A stretch of 63,909 bases of DNA, counting the filler, from Octopus bimaculoides (lineage: Eukaryota): assembly GCF_001194135.2 (NCBI RefSeq). It is 9 parts of 9 records of this genome, joined end to end, with 100 filler letters (N's around TTAATTAATTAA, not from the genome) between each part and the next. Parts side by side here need not be neighbours in the genome. Positions count along the whole stretch, not along the records: positions 34,474 to 35,780 come from NC_068986.1; positions 35,881 to 39,315 come from NC_068989.1; positions 39,416 to 57,171 come from NC_068981.1; 6 more parts are not named here. The stretch is one strand, 5' to 3'. A program made the translations under genes and the position numbers. Shown one piece after another: positions 35,662 through 49,380 of the stretch. Position 1 is the first letter of the stretch, and each line of letters opens with the position of its first letter. Below the pieces are notes generated by a model that saw only the letters and a list, made by a program, of their open reading frames with translations, was not told the DNA's origin and ran no database searches.

Positions 35662-38462
35662 TTAATCTCCTTATTTTGCATGGATAATACCATAATAAAT
35701 TCTGGTGCCTCAACCTAAGTACCATATTCACCTGAATCTAAATTTTTGCTGAACTCATCTACCATACCCAAAGTATATATNNNNNNNNNNNNNNNNNNNN
35801 NNNNNNNNNNNNNNNNNNNNNNNNTTAATTAATTAANNNNNNNNNNNNNNNNNNNNNNNNNNNNNNNNNNNNNNNNNNNNAGAGAGAGAATGAGAGGGAG
35901 GGAGCGAGAAAGGATCCAATAGATTAATGTTTACAAGTCATTATGATACCTATATCATAGTTTTATGTTGTACAGTCATATACGTAGACGCATATTTCAA
36001 TAAATAATGTATGCACATTATTGTGTAAATCAATTTTAAGCTGCTTATGTTACAAAAATATGCTTACTAGAATTTAATGAAATTACGTTGTTATATAATA
36101 CGTTGTAAAGAAAATGTATGGAGTTATGGATATATGCAACACTTAATCTTCAACAACTCCCTTGCCTAATAATTCGATCTGCTCCTTTGTTTATGTCCTT
36201 TCTGTTTTGATAATTATATTACGGCTTATAAGCTGCTTGTTCATTGCAAGCTGCTAATTTAGAAAATCATGTTATGTTTCGTTTGTTACCAGTTCTCAAC
36301 CAAAAGGAGAGTCGTGCAAATCATTCCTAGACGGTATTACTTGTTAATCCAATGACATACTGCATTTTGTCGTATTCATTGTGAATGTATCCTCTCCGCA
36401 TTAACTGTTTCGCGTAGTTATCTATTAGCAAACAATTGCCAGCGATCTACTGTTATATAATCGTTGTGAGTGTAACTAGATTTTCTTGCAATTAATTATT
36501 TAGGAACCAACGATAAGAAAATAAATGTCGCTATCTGAACTTGTCGGCAAAGATACTTTAGAAAAGAAATGGAATAATCTGTCTTGATACCACAGAAGCA
36601 AATCCCGCACTAAATTGAGCCCCAAATTCAATCTAGCTAAGACAAACAATTCAATAGATACTCTCCAAGACTAGTATTCACTTTTACTGCAAATTGTCCC
36701 CATAAAATCAGACAACTCTACACTACAATTTACTCATTTTTTCACCTCTAGCGTTCCCCCAACTATACACATATACACTCGACCTAATATTCAAGAGACA
36801 CCGCACCAAATGCTCTCTCAAATTAAGAAATGTTTATCAAACACCTAAACCGAGATGAAATACATATAAGTGTATGGGGTGGAGTATTGCATGCAAGGAT
36901 AAACACTAAGAATGTAGGCATACACCGCTGTACACATGATCCTAGAAACGTTAAAGGATATATCGCGTGAAAGTAACCTACACGCCATACAGACACTCCT
37001 CAACTACAGAAAAGACACATACGCTACGTAAAATGTATTTGGAACAACATTACAATCAATAAACGGTGACGTAGCTGCAGATATTGATAACAAAACCTAT
37101 CTTTCTGTTTATACTTTCATACGGATTACTGCATGAAATTTTGAAATATAACTGCTGCACCACCCCTAATATAAATCCGGATTTGGATAGTAAGATACAC
37201 AAATAATACCATATGAAGTACCACCTTTTCGAGAAAATGAAGCAGAAATTTACTAGAACTATTTTCTGCTCTAACAATTATAACATGTGATTATAATAGC
37301 CTACTAAAACTACTGCACATTCCCCCATTGCTGCGTAGAAAAACAAACTATATCGGCTGAATTTCACGGTAACGCATTGTTACACTTTACGGAAACCAGG
37401 GAGCAGTGAGAATGAGCCATTAAATATGAGCGATCGAAATATGTGACGATAAGAATAAGCATGCGGGAAACTCCACATATAAGCATAACAAGAGTATGCG
37501 GGCATGAGTATATGCACGCTCATATTTTCCACTAATCGTTACTTACATTTATAGATCCATGAATGGGGAAAAAAATTCAAATTGATAACGTCAAATGCAC
37601 ATACTATCAGGGATCTCGGATTTCTCATCACGTACCACACTCTCATCAATAATAATGGTGAAGTGTCAAATGCAATTTCGTCTATGTTGACTTTCCTCCA
37701 TATTAAACATTAGTTACTGGAAATTCAACCCAAAATTTATTAAAGATATATATGAATTCACACACACACACGCACGCGCGTACACACACACACACAGACG
37801 CACACACGAACGCAAGCACACACACACACACACAAACACACTCACACACACACACATACACACACACAAACACACGCACACAAAGACACAAATATATATT
37901 TTTGGAATTGACGATGGATGTTATCCTGGATTCACATTCAATTTAATAATCTAACTCTATTATTCTAATTGCCTGCCTGTATATATTCATATTTTCTTTA
38001 TATACCTTTTCCTTCAAAAGCTTTTTTACAGGTTTTCACACGTTTTATATATGTGTATATATATGTATATTGTTATGCCATCGGGCTTTGTGTGCTAAAC
38101 ACCACGGTATTTTAATATGTATTTATATACTACGGAATAAATAGAGGGGTTGATTTAAAGTTTTATATGACGAATTATGTTCATTATTTCTTAACCGTTT
38201 ATTTTGTTTATATATATATATATATATACTTAAATACATATATATATATANNNNNNNNNNNNNNNNNNNNNNNNNNNNNNNNNNNNNNNNNNNNNNNNNN
38301 NNNNNNNNNNNNNNNNNNNNNNNNNNNNNNNNNNNNNNNNNNNNNNNNNNNNNNNNNNNNNNNNNNNNNNNNNNNNNNNNNNNNNNNNNNNNNNNNNNNN
38401 NNNNNNNNNNNNNNNNNNNNNNNNNNNNNNNNNNNNNNNNNNNNNNNNNNNNNNNNNNNNNN

Positions 38463-38498
<36 letters not shown>

Positions 38499-38598
38499 TA
38501 CCCTATAGTAAATCTCTCAGCGAGATATAAACAGTAGAAATACGGAATCGCAACCAAGCGTGGCGTCCTATATGGGACAGTTTATAGCCTCTGGAAGA

Positions 38599-39095
38599 CA
38601 TCTCTTCTAGCTAGCTAACGACACACATTCTATATCCTATTAGTATTTGCGAGCAGAGTCATCACTCTTATCCCTAACTGCACGTGATACACACACACTC
38701 GAGTTTCTGGGTTGTTGCCGGTCCTCATCGTGTGTTAATCATTAGCTAGTGATAAAATCTCACTCCACTCCCCAAATACTATATGATGTTTCCAGCGACA
38801 AACCGTTGCTGATCTCGAAAAAGGAGAACTAAACTATATTAAATCTGTGAGCGATATATAAACAGTAGCATTACCGAATCGTATTACATAATTGCGTCAC
38901 CGGAGAAAGCATATATGATTTTGCAATTGGAATACGTTTTTATCACTAGCTGGTGATTAAAACACGCTGAGGACGGTTTACCGCCCAGAATCTCAAGTCA
39001 GTGTATCGTGTGAGGCTAGAGATAGGAGCAGTGACCTCGCCTCGCAAATACTAATGGGACACAGAACGTGTGTCGATAACTAGCTGGAACAGATG
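38599..39095. repeat. About 155-bp diverged inverted repeat pair (38599-38757 and 38938-39095)
   Basis: Arm 1 aligns to the reverse complement of arm 2 over its whole length (shared ATTAGTATTTGCGAG, GATACAC, TCTGGG, GTCCTCA, AGCTAGTGATAAAA). Confidence 0.88.
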
Positions 39096-39266
39096 TAGTG
39101 TTATTATTTCGAACTGTCTAAATTATAATCACTCTGTTAATAAACTAATGCAGTCTACACACACACTCACACACATGTACGCATACAAATATATATGTAT
39201 ATTTATATATACATACATACGTACATACATACGTACATACATACACATATATATTTATATATATAT

Positions 39267-39315
<49 letters not shown>

Positions 39316-40090
39316 NNNNNNNNNNNNNNNNNNNNNNNNNNNNNNNNNNNNNNNNNNNNTTAATTAATTAANNNNNNNNNNNNNNNNNNNNNNNNNNNNN
39401 NNNNNNNNNNNNNNNGTTTTAAATTTCGTGCCTACGCTCTTCAACAGAATGGAACACGAGGAAATAAACAGAGAGACTTTTTTTAAAAGCTTTAGGAGCT
39501 AGCGCTCAATCATGGTGGCTGGCTGGTCAGAAGTGGTTAGACAGGGGAGCTAGGGAGAAGGGGAAAGAATAAAGTACTGGTGATGCCGAAACGAAGGTAC
39601 GTGTGTGTATGTATCTGAGCGTGTGTAAGTGTGTGAATGTGGATAGGGGCTGGTGACTTTGTCGTGTGGATGCGTTCGTCTGTAATGTGTGGGTGTGTAA
39701 TTTCTGTGTGGGTGCTGGGAAGTGGTCAGTGCTAGTGTGTGCGGGGTTGAGTGATGTGGTGGGATGTGTGCGTTGTAGTGTGGCATGATGTGGCGTAGGT
39801 GCTGGAAAGTGGTCAATGCTAGTTTGTGCGGGGTGGTGTGATGTAGTGTGGTGGTTTGGTGGTGTGTGGTGTGGCGGTGTTGGGATGTGGAGATGTGAGC
39901 GTGGGGTGTAGGTTTGGGGTGAGGATGAGGGGATAGGGTGGGGTATATGGGACTGGGATCCGTGTGGTAGGGGTGCGGTTGGGATGGTGCGATTGGGATG
40001 TGTAGGGTTGGGGTGTGGATGGAGGGGTAACGATTAAGGGAGAAGGTGGGTAGGAATGGAGACAGGAAATAGGTGTCAGGGCAAGAAAGG

Positions 40091-40335
40091 AGAGGAGGAG
40101 TGGATAGAGAGAGAGGAGGAGGAGTGGATAGAGAGAGAGAGGAGGAGTGGATAGAGAGAGAGAGAGGAGGAGTGGATAGAGAGAGAGAGAGGAGGAGTGG
40201 ATAGAGAGAGAGAGGAGGAGTGGATAGAGAGAGAGAGTGGAGGAGTGGATAGAGAGAGAGAAGAGGAGTGGATAGAGAGAGAGGAGGAGTGGATAGAGAG
40301 AGAGAGGAGGAGTGGATAGAGAGAGAGAGGAGGAG
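40091..40335. repeat. Purine-rich minisatellite, unit about GAGGAGTGGATAGAGAGAGA(GA)GAG
   Basis: About ten tandem units whose length varies with the GA count. Confidence 0.92.
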
Positions 40336-40386
40336 AGAGTGAGAGGCGCATTAAAAAATATATTACATATGCATGCACACTTGTAA

Positions 40387-40546
40387 GCACAGATGTGGGT
40401 GTGTCGTAGAAAGCTTGCTTCCCAGCTTACATTGTTTCCGGGTCAGTCCCACTGCGTTGCACTTTGTGTGAGCCTCTTCTACTATTGCGTCGGGCCGACC
40501 ACAGCCTGGTGAGTGAATTTGGTAGACGGAAACTGACAGAAGCCCG

Positions 40547-40584
<38 letters not shown>

Positions 40585-40668
40585 ATCTATCTATCTATCT
40601 ATATATATATATATATATATATATNNNNNNNNNNNNNNNNNNNNNNNNNNNNNNNNNNNNNNNTATAC

Positions 40669-40718
<50 letters not shown>

Positions 40719-40983
40719 CTGTGCGTGTGTATGCGTGTGTGTCTGTGTGTATGTGAGAGAGAGAGGGAGTGTGTGTCTGTGTGTCTGTGTTAGTGTTCGT
40801 CCCCCAGTACCGCTTGACAACTTAGTGGTTCGGCAAACATGAGGGATAAAATAAGTACCGGGCTTAACAAAACAATAAGTACTGGGGACGGTTATTTCGA
40901 CTAATAAATTCTTCAAGGCGGTACCCCAGTATTCTCGCAGTCTAGTGACTGAAATAAAAGATAAAAGATAAAAGATAAAAGAT
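40387..40983 (+). mobile_element. SINE family B with expanded internal (TA)n/(TG)n and a gap
   Basis: Head GCTTGCTTCC...GGGTCAGTCCCACTGCG...GGTAGACGGAAACTGA; tail CGCTTGACAAC...GTGACTGAAA(TAAAAGA)n. Confidence 0.88.
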
Positions 40984-41347
40984 ATACATGTATGTTAGTA
41001 AGTGCGTATATATGTATTACACAGTGACTTATTTCCTTCATGTCTTTCTACCAACTTCTCTACATGCACACATATATATTATGGATATGATTTACAATCC
41101 ACATATGAAGAAAAGATTGTCATGCTATTAAGTACGAGACACAACTGGAGTTGAAAGCGGGAGACAGTTTGTTGACAAACAGCAAAGAAACGAACCGAAT
41201 ACAGAGGTACATGTTTTGTTAATTATTTAATTGTCTTCTGTATATTAGATAAACAATTCCAAAACCGTACACGTTGTATGCATGAGTGGCTAACTATATA
41301 CTGTAAGAGTAAATAAACACAAACGAACACAAACACGCATATGTGTA

Positions 41348-41398
<51 letters not shown>

Positions 41399-41746
41399 CT
41401 GCATCTGTAATGTATTTATACGGATATATATATTTCCAATTATTTATTTATCATATAATATGATGTAGAATATATGCATATATAAACAGAAGGGTGACAG
41501 AGCGAGATATAGAAGCCCCTCTACAGAGCTTCCACCTGTATGTTGCTAATTACGCACTTTGTATAGCCTAACTTGTGTATTATAATAATGTGTCACTTAA
41601 GCAGATGCGTGTGTGTATGTCTGTTTTTATACGATGCTAGATTATGGTATACATACATATACATACATATATGCATGCGTCTATATATATGTATATATAT
41701 CATATTTAACAGATACATAATATAGTATGGTATATAATATAAATAT

Positions 41747-41747
<1 letters not shown>

Positions 41748-41785
<38 letters not shown>

Positions 41786-41830
41786 GTCATCGTTTAACGT
41801 CCGCTTTCCATGCTCGCATGGGTTATATGC
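41748..41830 (-). mobile_element. RTE-type 3' tail remnant
   Basis: (CAT)n CGTTTAACGTCCGCTTTCCATGCTCGCATGGGTT. Confidence 0.65.
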
Positions 41831-41879
41831 ATGGATGATATTAAATATGTGTTATATAGCATATAGTCGTGACTATGTA

Positions 41880-42315
41880 GTAAAGGGTTGCTTCCCAACT
41901 ACATGGTACCGTGTTCGGTTCCATTGCGTAGCACCTTGGGCAAATGTATTTGGCAATAAGCATCGAGCCGAGCAAAGCCTTGAGCGTGACTTTGGTAGCC
42001 GGAAACTGAAAGGCTCTCGTCGTATATATGTATGTGTATGTATGTGTGTGTGTGTATGTGTGTGCGTATGTATGTGTATCTATGTGAGTTGGGTGATGTA
42101 TGTCCTTGCGTTTGTGTTTGACGCACCACCACCGCTTGCAATCGATGTTGCAGTGCTTACGTCTTCGTAACTTAGAGGTTTCACTAAAAGAGACCGAAAA
42201 AATAAGTGCCAGACTTCAAATGCACTTCCGTTAATTTATTCGATTAAAATTTCTTCAAAACGGTGCCCCGAGATGGTTGCAGTCCAATGACTGAAACAAG
42301 TAAAAGATAAAAGAT
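41880..42315 (+). mobile_element. SINE family B, diverged
   Basis: TTGCTTCCCAACTACATGGT...GCACCTTGGGCAA...GTCCAATGACTGAAACAAGTAAAAGA. Confidence 0.88.
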
Positions 42316-42977
42316 ATTTATATAACATCTGTGCATGTGTGTGTTTGTACTTTGTGAGTTTTGGAGTGGTTCTACCTGCGGTTGTGTGTCTGGCCGAGTT
42401 GATACTTAGAAACCTACTGTGTCACTATGCATATATATTGTATAAACTTAATAGGTGTAGGAACAACCTATATACAGTCACATTAATTACGTTTGATCAC
42501 AAACTGTCTCCTAATGCCATACGCTTTGTAAATCGATTCGCTAAATCTCTGCAAGAGATTTTAAATGATAATCCGATTAGACTTCTCTCATTTATCATAT
42601 ATTGTAATTTGTCAGTGTCTACTCATATCAATAGGATATTTCTGTCTTTCAATATGTAACGATACACTCATGTTTTAGTTGCTTCCTCTTACAAAACCCT
42701 CTTCGCAACACATACATATCCGTCTTCATCACTCACCCATCGTCTGATCGTCTGATGGGAAGGCATTGTGATAGACCAGTGCATTGACTGACTTGGGTAG
42801 ATTAATATGTTCAAAATGCATCAAGAAATTTCATCATCTTTCAGCAGTTTCTTACCCATACAAGACAACCTTTTTTTTACAAAGCAATACTTATGTATGT
42901 ATGTATGTATGTATGCATATATATATATATTTATATGTGTGTGTGAATGTGTGAGTGTGTGTGTGCGTGAGTGTGTG

Positions 42978-43017
<40 letters not shown>

Positions 43018-44379
43018 TAGGAAGTAGTAAGGAGAAATGAGCACGCAAACATGAGTTTCCAGTATAAAGGATTGAAATGATAAATCTAAATATGTATCAT
43101 TGAGTGTTGCAAGACAGATGCTAGAAATGAGTATATTTTAAGAAATAAGGGAGTCAGGCTGTGTACAAATAGTTTCTTACAGCTGTTTCCTAAATAGTAG
43201 CACATATGTTGCATTTCTCAGTGAATGAAGGTAAGATGTCCATATATTACCGGACTATTCTAGCTTGAGAGAGAAAGAATGATGTATGTATGTGTGTGTA
43301 GGTATGTATATAAGAATCGCCTAGGGTGATGCAATCACGAACGTGAGGTCATGGTCTCATTCTATCCAATGAGTTGCGTTGTGTTCTATCGCAAAATGCT
43401 TAATTGTTTACAACCCCACTCGGTTATACATTTATGGTTCTTTCTCATTTTTGTTTTCTAAAGATCTCTTTACTTGTTTCAGTCACTGGACTGCGGCCAT
43501 GCTGGGGCACCGCCTTGAAGAATTTTTAGTCGAATGTATCGACCCCAGAATCTTTTTTTAGGTGAATTTCAACCAGCATATAAAGTTAAGCCTAGAAAGT
43601 TTCTCCACACGCTAAAAATGACAGGTAAACATTACAATTTTCTTTCATAATTTCACGTAAACAAAACACGGGAATCGTATTTGTAATAAAAAAAAATATT
43701 TTCCAAAATTCCAATTTTTAGGTAAGCAAAATATATTCAATCGAAAAACGGCGTCAAAACATCTATGTTCTTCACAATGGTATGTTACAGGTGTTTCCTC
43801 GTTTTTAGAACAATTTTACAGTTTGAAAATGAAAATAAATCAACCTTAACATTAGAAAACAAGACACTTTACTACTCAATGTACATTTTGTCTGAATTCT
43901 AGCAAAAAGGAAAACATTTACTTCAAGAAATGTGTAGAGACATAAAAACGATAAGAAGTACGTTTCAATGACTATATATCGCACACATACCTCCCCACAC
44001 AACCCCTGTTCACACACACAAAATGCACACGCACATACATACATACACACATATGTACACACGCACATACACTCACACGCACATACATATATACACACGC
44101 ACACATACACATACGCACAAGCAAATGAACCCACACATACCTCCCATATACACACAACACTGACTCATACATACACACACTATAAACACACAATACACAT
44201 TCATACATATACGCACACAATTATACGTACATGGACACACACACACACATACCTCCTTCTCTTGCACTCACCTGTTTTAGAAAGAACTCTTTCTACACCT
44301 TCCCGTCATTTCAATATGTGACCGCGTGTGTATCGCTGGCGATTTTCTTTCTCGATCTTCCTTTCTTTGAACTTTTTCT

Positions 44380-44415
44380 ATATTTCTGATGAAGAGCTCC
44401 GCTCGAAACGTGCAA
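44380..44415 (+). ncRNA. Degenerate hammerhead-like core in a Penelope-type terminal repeat (about 44290-44500)
   Basis: CTGATGA-A-GAGC.TCC.GCTC-GAAAC-GTG: boxes and helix II intact; cleavage triplet and helix I are broken. Confidence 0.55.
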
Positions 44416-45309
44416 TCCTCTTTCTTTTCTTTCTTTTACTGAGCGTCCAGTAACAGTACTTGTTCCACGTCCTCGCGTTGTTGTTTTTTCTTGATTACTC
44501 ATGTTTGGATAAGCTATATATATATATAGGGGGGGGAGGATGTATATATATATATATATAATATTTTCGGATGGTGTTTTTGTTTTTTGGTAAATAATCA
44601 CACGCACTATATATTTGATCTTCACTCGTTTATTACTGTTCTTATTCTAACTAATGTCCATTGTCCAGAAAACTTTTGTCACACATCTGTGACCTCTTCA
44701 GCGACACTTTTCGTCTTCGTGTGTGCTCCTGTTCCACTTATTTCATTCTGCTCTTCTATGGTGTGTATCCTTATGTGCGCATGCGTTTATGTGAGCATGT
44801 GTGTGTGTCATTGTTCTTAGTATCAGTATGATCTTCCCCTCAGCCCTATCATTTCCCCCATTGTCGCTGCTGCTGTTGTTGTTAATCGTGTTGTTGATAC
44901 TGTTGCGGCTGTCTCTGAAGTTAAAATGTGTGCTTGTGTCTGTATATGGGTTCGCTTCTTATGTTGTTTGTATCCATGCCCTTTATATAGATTTATTTAC
45001 CTATTTATTTTTGTCAATCTCTATTTGTTATATTTATCACATTTATATGACAAATATATTTATTTATTTATTTTATTTATCTATCTTTATTTCTTATGTG
45101 TATCACAGGTATGTGCATATCTGTCCATTGTGTGTGTATTACCCTGTTTGGATCTGTTTTATTTATTTATTTATTATTATTTTTTCGCTCTCTCTTCTCT
45201 TGCCTTCTATCTTCAGTAATGTGGTGTCGTGTAGCGGTGGGTGTTATTGCTCCATTCATGTTTTCTATTGCGGTTCTGCCTGTCTAATGCTATGTGTGTA
45301 GCCTGTGTG

Positions 45310-45495
45310 ATCTATCTAAGCGTCAGGTCTATGCTTCGATAATACTTTTAGCGGTTCGGCAAAAGACCAGATAGAATAAGTAATAGGGTTACAAAGAGTA
45401 AGTCATGGGTCGAGGTCTTCGGCTAAAACCTTTTAAGGGGGTACTCCAGCATGGCCACAATCACATGACTAAAACAAGTAAAAAAATAAAAGAAT
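45310..45495 (+). mobile_element. SINE family B, 3' part
   Basis: TAGCGGTTCGGCAAAAGACCAGATAGAATAAG...ACTCCAGCATGGCCACA...AAACAAGTAAAA. Confidence 0.85.
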
Positions 45496-46130
45496 ATATA
45501 TGCATTTTACGGACATTTTTCAAATAATTTTAGCTATACACACTTCCTGATGATAGCAAATTTGTGCAATCGATGCGTAAACCTCCTTTGCATTCGTTAG
45601 TAATATTAATAGAAATAAACAGAAACAGAAACATTCGGAGGAATTTTAAGAACTAAAGATTGAATATTACGCGCCAGAGAGATTTGGTTATGGCTACACT
45701 AGAGAATCATTTTGTGATTAAAGGATACTGTAGGCTGCTCCGATAAGAGTAGTATCATAGCTGTAAAAGATCGCACTTGCCTGGAATGGATAAAGAGAAA
45801 CCTTATCATATAGATTGCTGGTAATAGTTAGCAATTATTTCCTTAGCCCCGTGGCAGCGACATGAAACAGGAGAGATAGATAATCTTTTCATTGTCCTTT
45901 GATGCTTAGAAGAATATAAATTGAGCGATTCATCACTTAAAATCTTATCTCTAAGTCTCTTCGTGATGTAGTGAGAGTCGGGCTGTAGACTCGGAATGGT
46001 AGAATCTGTTCGTAGGTAGGTGCATTGATTTCCAGATATAAAGGATACCTCGAGTACAGCTTATGTGGTTATACATTTTTATCTCTTTTGTAACATGTAT
46101 TATTGGCAGTAATTTGATCTAGACAACTTC

Positions 46131-46342
46131 AGGCGGCGAATTTGCTGAATCGTTGCCGCGCCGGGGAAAATGCTTAGCGGCATTTCGTCCGTCTTTACGC
46201 ACTGAGTTCAAATTCCGCCGAGGTTGACTTTGGCTTTCATCCTTTGAGAGTTGAGAAAATAAGCACCAGCTGAGTACTGGGATTGATGTAATCGACTTAC
46301 CCCTCCTTCAAACTTGCTGGCCTTGTTTCAAAATTTGAAACC
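46131..46342 (+). mobile_element. SINE family A
   Basis: AGGCGGCGAA...GAGTTCAAATTCCGCCGAGGTTGACTTT...AAATTTGAAACC. Confidence 0.92.
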
Positions 46343-47848
46343 GATATATCATGGATAATAGTGTTCTAAACACCATGCACATTCAAAAACCTGTAATATT
46401 TATGCGTGTCTGAGTAATGTTAAGTGATTAAGGATAAAATTTCAGTAGTTTTGTTAGCAGATGCATCTAAGTTGAACGGAGGAAGGAACCAGCTCTCTTA
46501 TAAGGAATCCTCCATATTCACTAACTGCTCACTGAACCCCCCCCCCCCATTCATGACTCGCAGCAGCATGGTACAGTTCTGAAAACTTTATCTCCATGGA
46601 ATGATAAATTAGCGATTTCCCTAGTGGTGTCATCAACTATTTTACTAATTATCGCTAGGGTACGAGGGAGATTCTCTGAATTTTCCATATTGGTTCAGTC
46701 TAGTATTATTCTTTCCCAATTTGAATTTTAAAGTAATGTAAATAAGCTGAAAGTTTCAATTTGTTAGTAATATATTTGTTTAAAGCAAACGATTTCAATA
46801 TTCTTAACTTCTCCCTGAAATTTCCCCTAACGTGACAGTTCATATTGAGAGAAGCTGTTAGGAGGAATAATTTAACAGTATACTAGCAGTTTTCCCTAAC
46901 CTTAACCAGCTGCCAAAGATTTATTGCGAAAGAAGCTACCTTTTCTTTTGATCCAATGGTAGTCTTTATCATGTGTCTTTTATGGTAAACTATCTTCTCT
47001 TCTGATTTGCACAAAGAAATTAAAGGGACGGAAAGCCGGAAAGCAATTGCACAATATTTCCTTTCGTGCACTGTCGATAATGATATTTGCAAGAAAAGGA
47101 AAACACAGTTTTAATATGTATAAATGATCGTCAGTCTTAAGAGAAAAGATGTCAATAAATTTTAATATATGTTTTTTGTCTTCATAAAACTGCAGATTAT
47201 ATCCAGTAGACTTATTTATATGTACATAATAGATTATCCATAAACAAAAACATCCAAATGCATGGGAAATGTAAGGTTTCTGAAAGTAAAATCAGTTCTA
47301 CGCTAATTTTATTTGCATGTACAATGGGGAAAGCTGATACATTTTACCGAACAAGTAATGGATGTTTCAGGTCAATGTATTCGTTGATATTTTGTCATCA
47401 GTGTTTTTGTTACAAGTATACGGCATATATAATATAATGATAGCAGTCATTATAGCCCATACGTTCACATGAATAAAAAACATAAATAGATAGATGTATA
47501 GATACATAACATACACAACTACATAGACCGATGTGTGCATATATATATNNNNNNNNNNNNNNNNNNNNNNNNNNNNNNNNNNNNNNNNNNNNNNNNNNNN
47601 NNNNNNNNNNNNNNNNNNNNNNNNNNNNNNNNNNNNNNNNNNNNNNNNNNNNNNNNNNNNNNNNNNNNNNNNNNNNNNNNNNNNNNNNNNNNNNNNNNNN
47701 NNNNNNNNNNNNNNNNNNNNNNNNNNNNNNNNNNNNNNNNNNNNNNNNNNNNNNNNNNNNNNNNNNNNNNNNNNNNNNNNNNNNNNNNNNNNNNNNNNNN
47801 NNNNNNNNNNNNNNNNNNCATATGTATATTTATATGTTTATAAATTCT

Positions 47849-47889
<41 letters not shown>

Positions 47890-48539
47890 ATATATACACA
47901 ATATATATAAAAATGCATATATATGCATATATATTTTCATTCATAGCCAAAAACGATTTGTGCGGACACGCGCGCACACACAGAGGCATTATTAAGAAAC
48001 TTGGATGATGTAAATTACGTCTGATCAATGGGATTTTTTTTTTTTATATTTCCCTATCACACAACCGATATTAGAGTGTAAAAAAAGACATCAATGTATT
48101 ACACTTAATGTAGATACATCGCGAAAAAGAAATTTATTGCAATATTAGTTCGAAAATAACATCTCTTATGGCTGTACTATTTTAGAACACAAATATATCA
48201 CTAGGAAACAGTAGTCGTCATGAAATAACTAGATGCACATTTCTGCGTCATTAATGTTGTCATTAACATGTACTCAGACAACCTCCTGCTGACACAAAAT
48301 TCATTGCTATTGGTATGAGAAAACAGCGTATAAACAATCGCTGGTGTTGCAATTAGCCCCCTCATTGAATAACAATCGGGGAAAAAATGCGGCAAATGTG
48401 CTTTTTCATGGTGTATCTATATTAGATATGATACACAGATGGCCGTAAAGAATCTATACTTCTAATATCACACCATCCTCTTCCATAATTATTTCTTAAA
48501 TAATCACCGTTGCTGACAACACAAATTCTAGCAGATATA

Positions 48540-48754
48540 CGAGGGTGTGATGAAAATTTCCTGACTATAAGGCTATCTCAAAAGGCCTTATTAGAGACCC
48601 AACCGTCTTTGTTCTTTACGAGGCTTAGAAAATCTGAAGGACCGCTGCAATAGGTATGTGAATCTGAGTGGGGACAATGTTGAATACAATCATAAGTAAC
48701 TGATCCTCCTGTATTGTCCAATACCAAAGTGAGGAACTTTTCAGCATCTCTTCG
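48540..48754 (+). mobile_element. Mariner-derived MITE (215 bp)
   Basis: TA|CGAGGGTGTGATGAAAATTTCC...GGAACTTTTCAGCATCTCTTCG|TA; the interior retains the transposase C-terminus GLENLKDRCNRYVNLSGDNVE. Confidence 0.88.
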
Positions 48755-49199
48755 TAATTACCAAAATAGAACAGAAGCATATGAAAAGATTATCTTATTA
48801 CCCATCACAACGTAAACGTAAATGAAAAATGAACTAGCACCACAACTAAAATTAGAAAAAACAAATTGTACGTAACCTTTAGGATCTAGAGATCGAGATC
48901 AAATACAATGCTAAATGCATGTTAATTTTCCGCTCCAAATGTAAACTAAGATTCTTCAGGAAAAATATTGAAACTGGGATTAGTTTTAGAAATAAAATTA
49001 GCATGAAGGTAACACAATAGAACTTATAGAAAAAAACGAATTTGGCTTTTATATCGACAAATATAAACTACTGGTTTCATTTATTCCTTTTTTTCGTTTT
49101 TTTTTTTTTTTAAATTGGTCGAATGATTTTATGAGAACATTCAAATAGAAAGACACGTGGAAGAAAGGAGATAAAAAAAAGAATAGAAAGAAAAGGAAA

Positions 49200-49380
49200 A
49201 GGGGTAGGGGTAAAACAGCGGTAGAGCAAGGGTGCTCCGAGGTGCCACATATCCCCAGAACGATTGGCGTCCTCAGCCGATCCCCGCAGTCATGACCGCG
49301 ATGGTGTTGCCGCGGAGAGCAGCCAGCGACAATCGCTGCTGTAGCCACTCCACTACGTGGTGCTCATTTCTATGATGGGA
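49200..49380 (-). pseudogene. 3' end of a CRE-like (restriction-endonuclease) non-LTR retrotransposon
   Basis: Minus frame RNEHHVVEWLQQRLSLAALRGNTIAVMTAGIG* (stop 49275-49273) matches the WL.QRLS.A..RGN C-terminal motif; GC-rich 3' UTR followed by a T-rich tract. Confidence 0.7.

Noticed and set aside
40091-40335. CRISPR-like array
   Set aside because: Units are contiguous with no unique spacers, and the context is eukaryotic; it is a minisatellite.
46883-47092. GPCR-like ERKYCAIAF motif and a 62-nt exon candidate (47001-46940)
   Set aside because: No flanking TM helices. The exon has good splice signals but no partner exon or recognisable product, so it is unsupported without RNA data.
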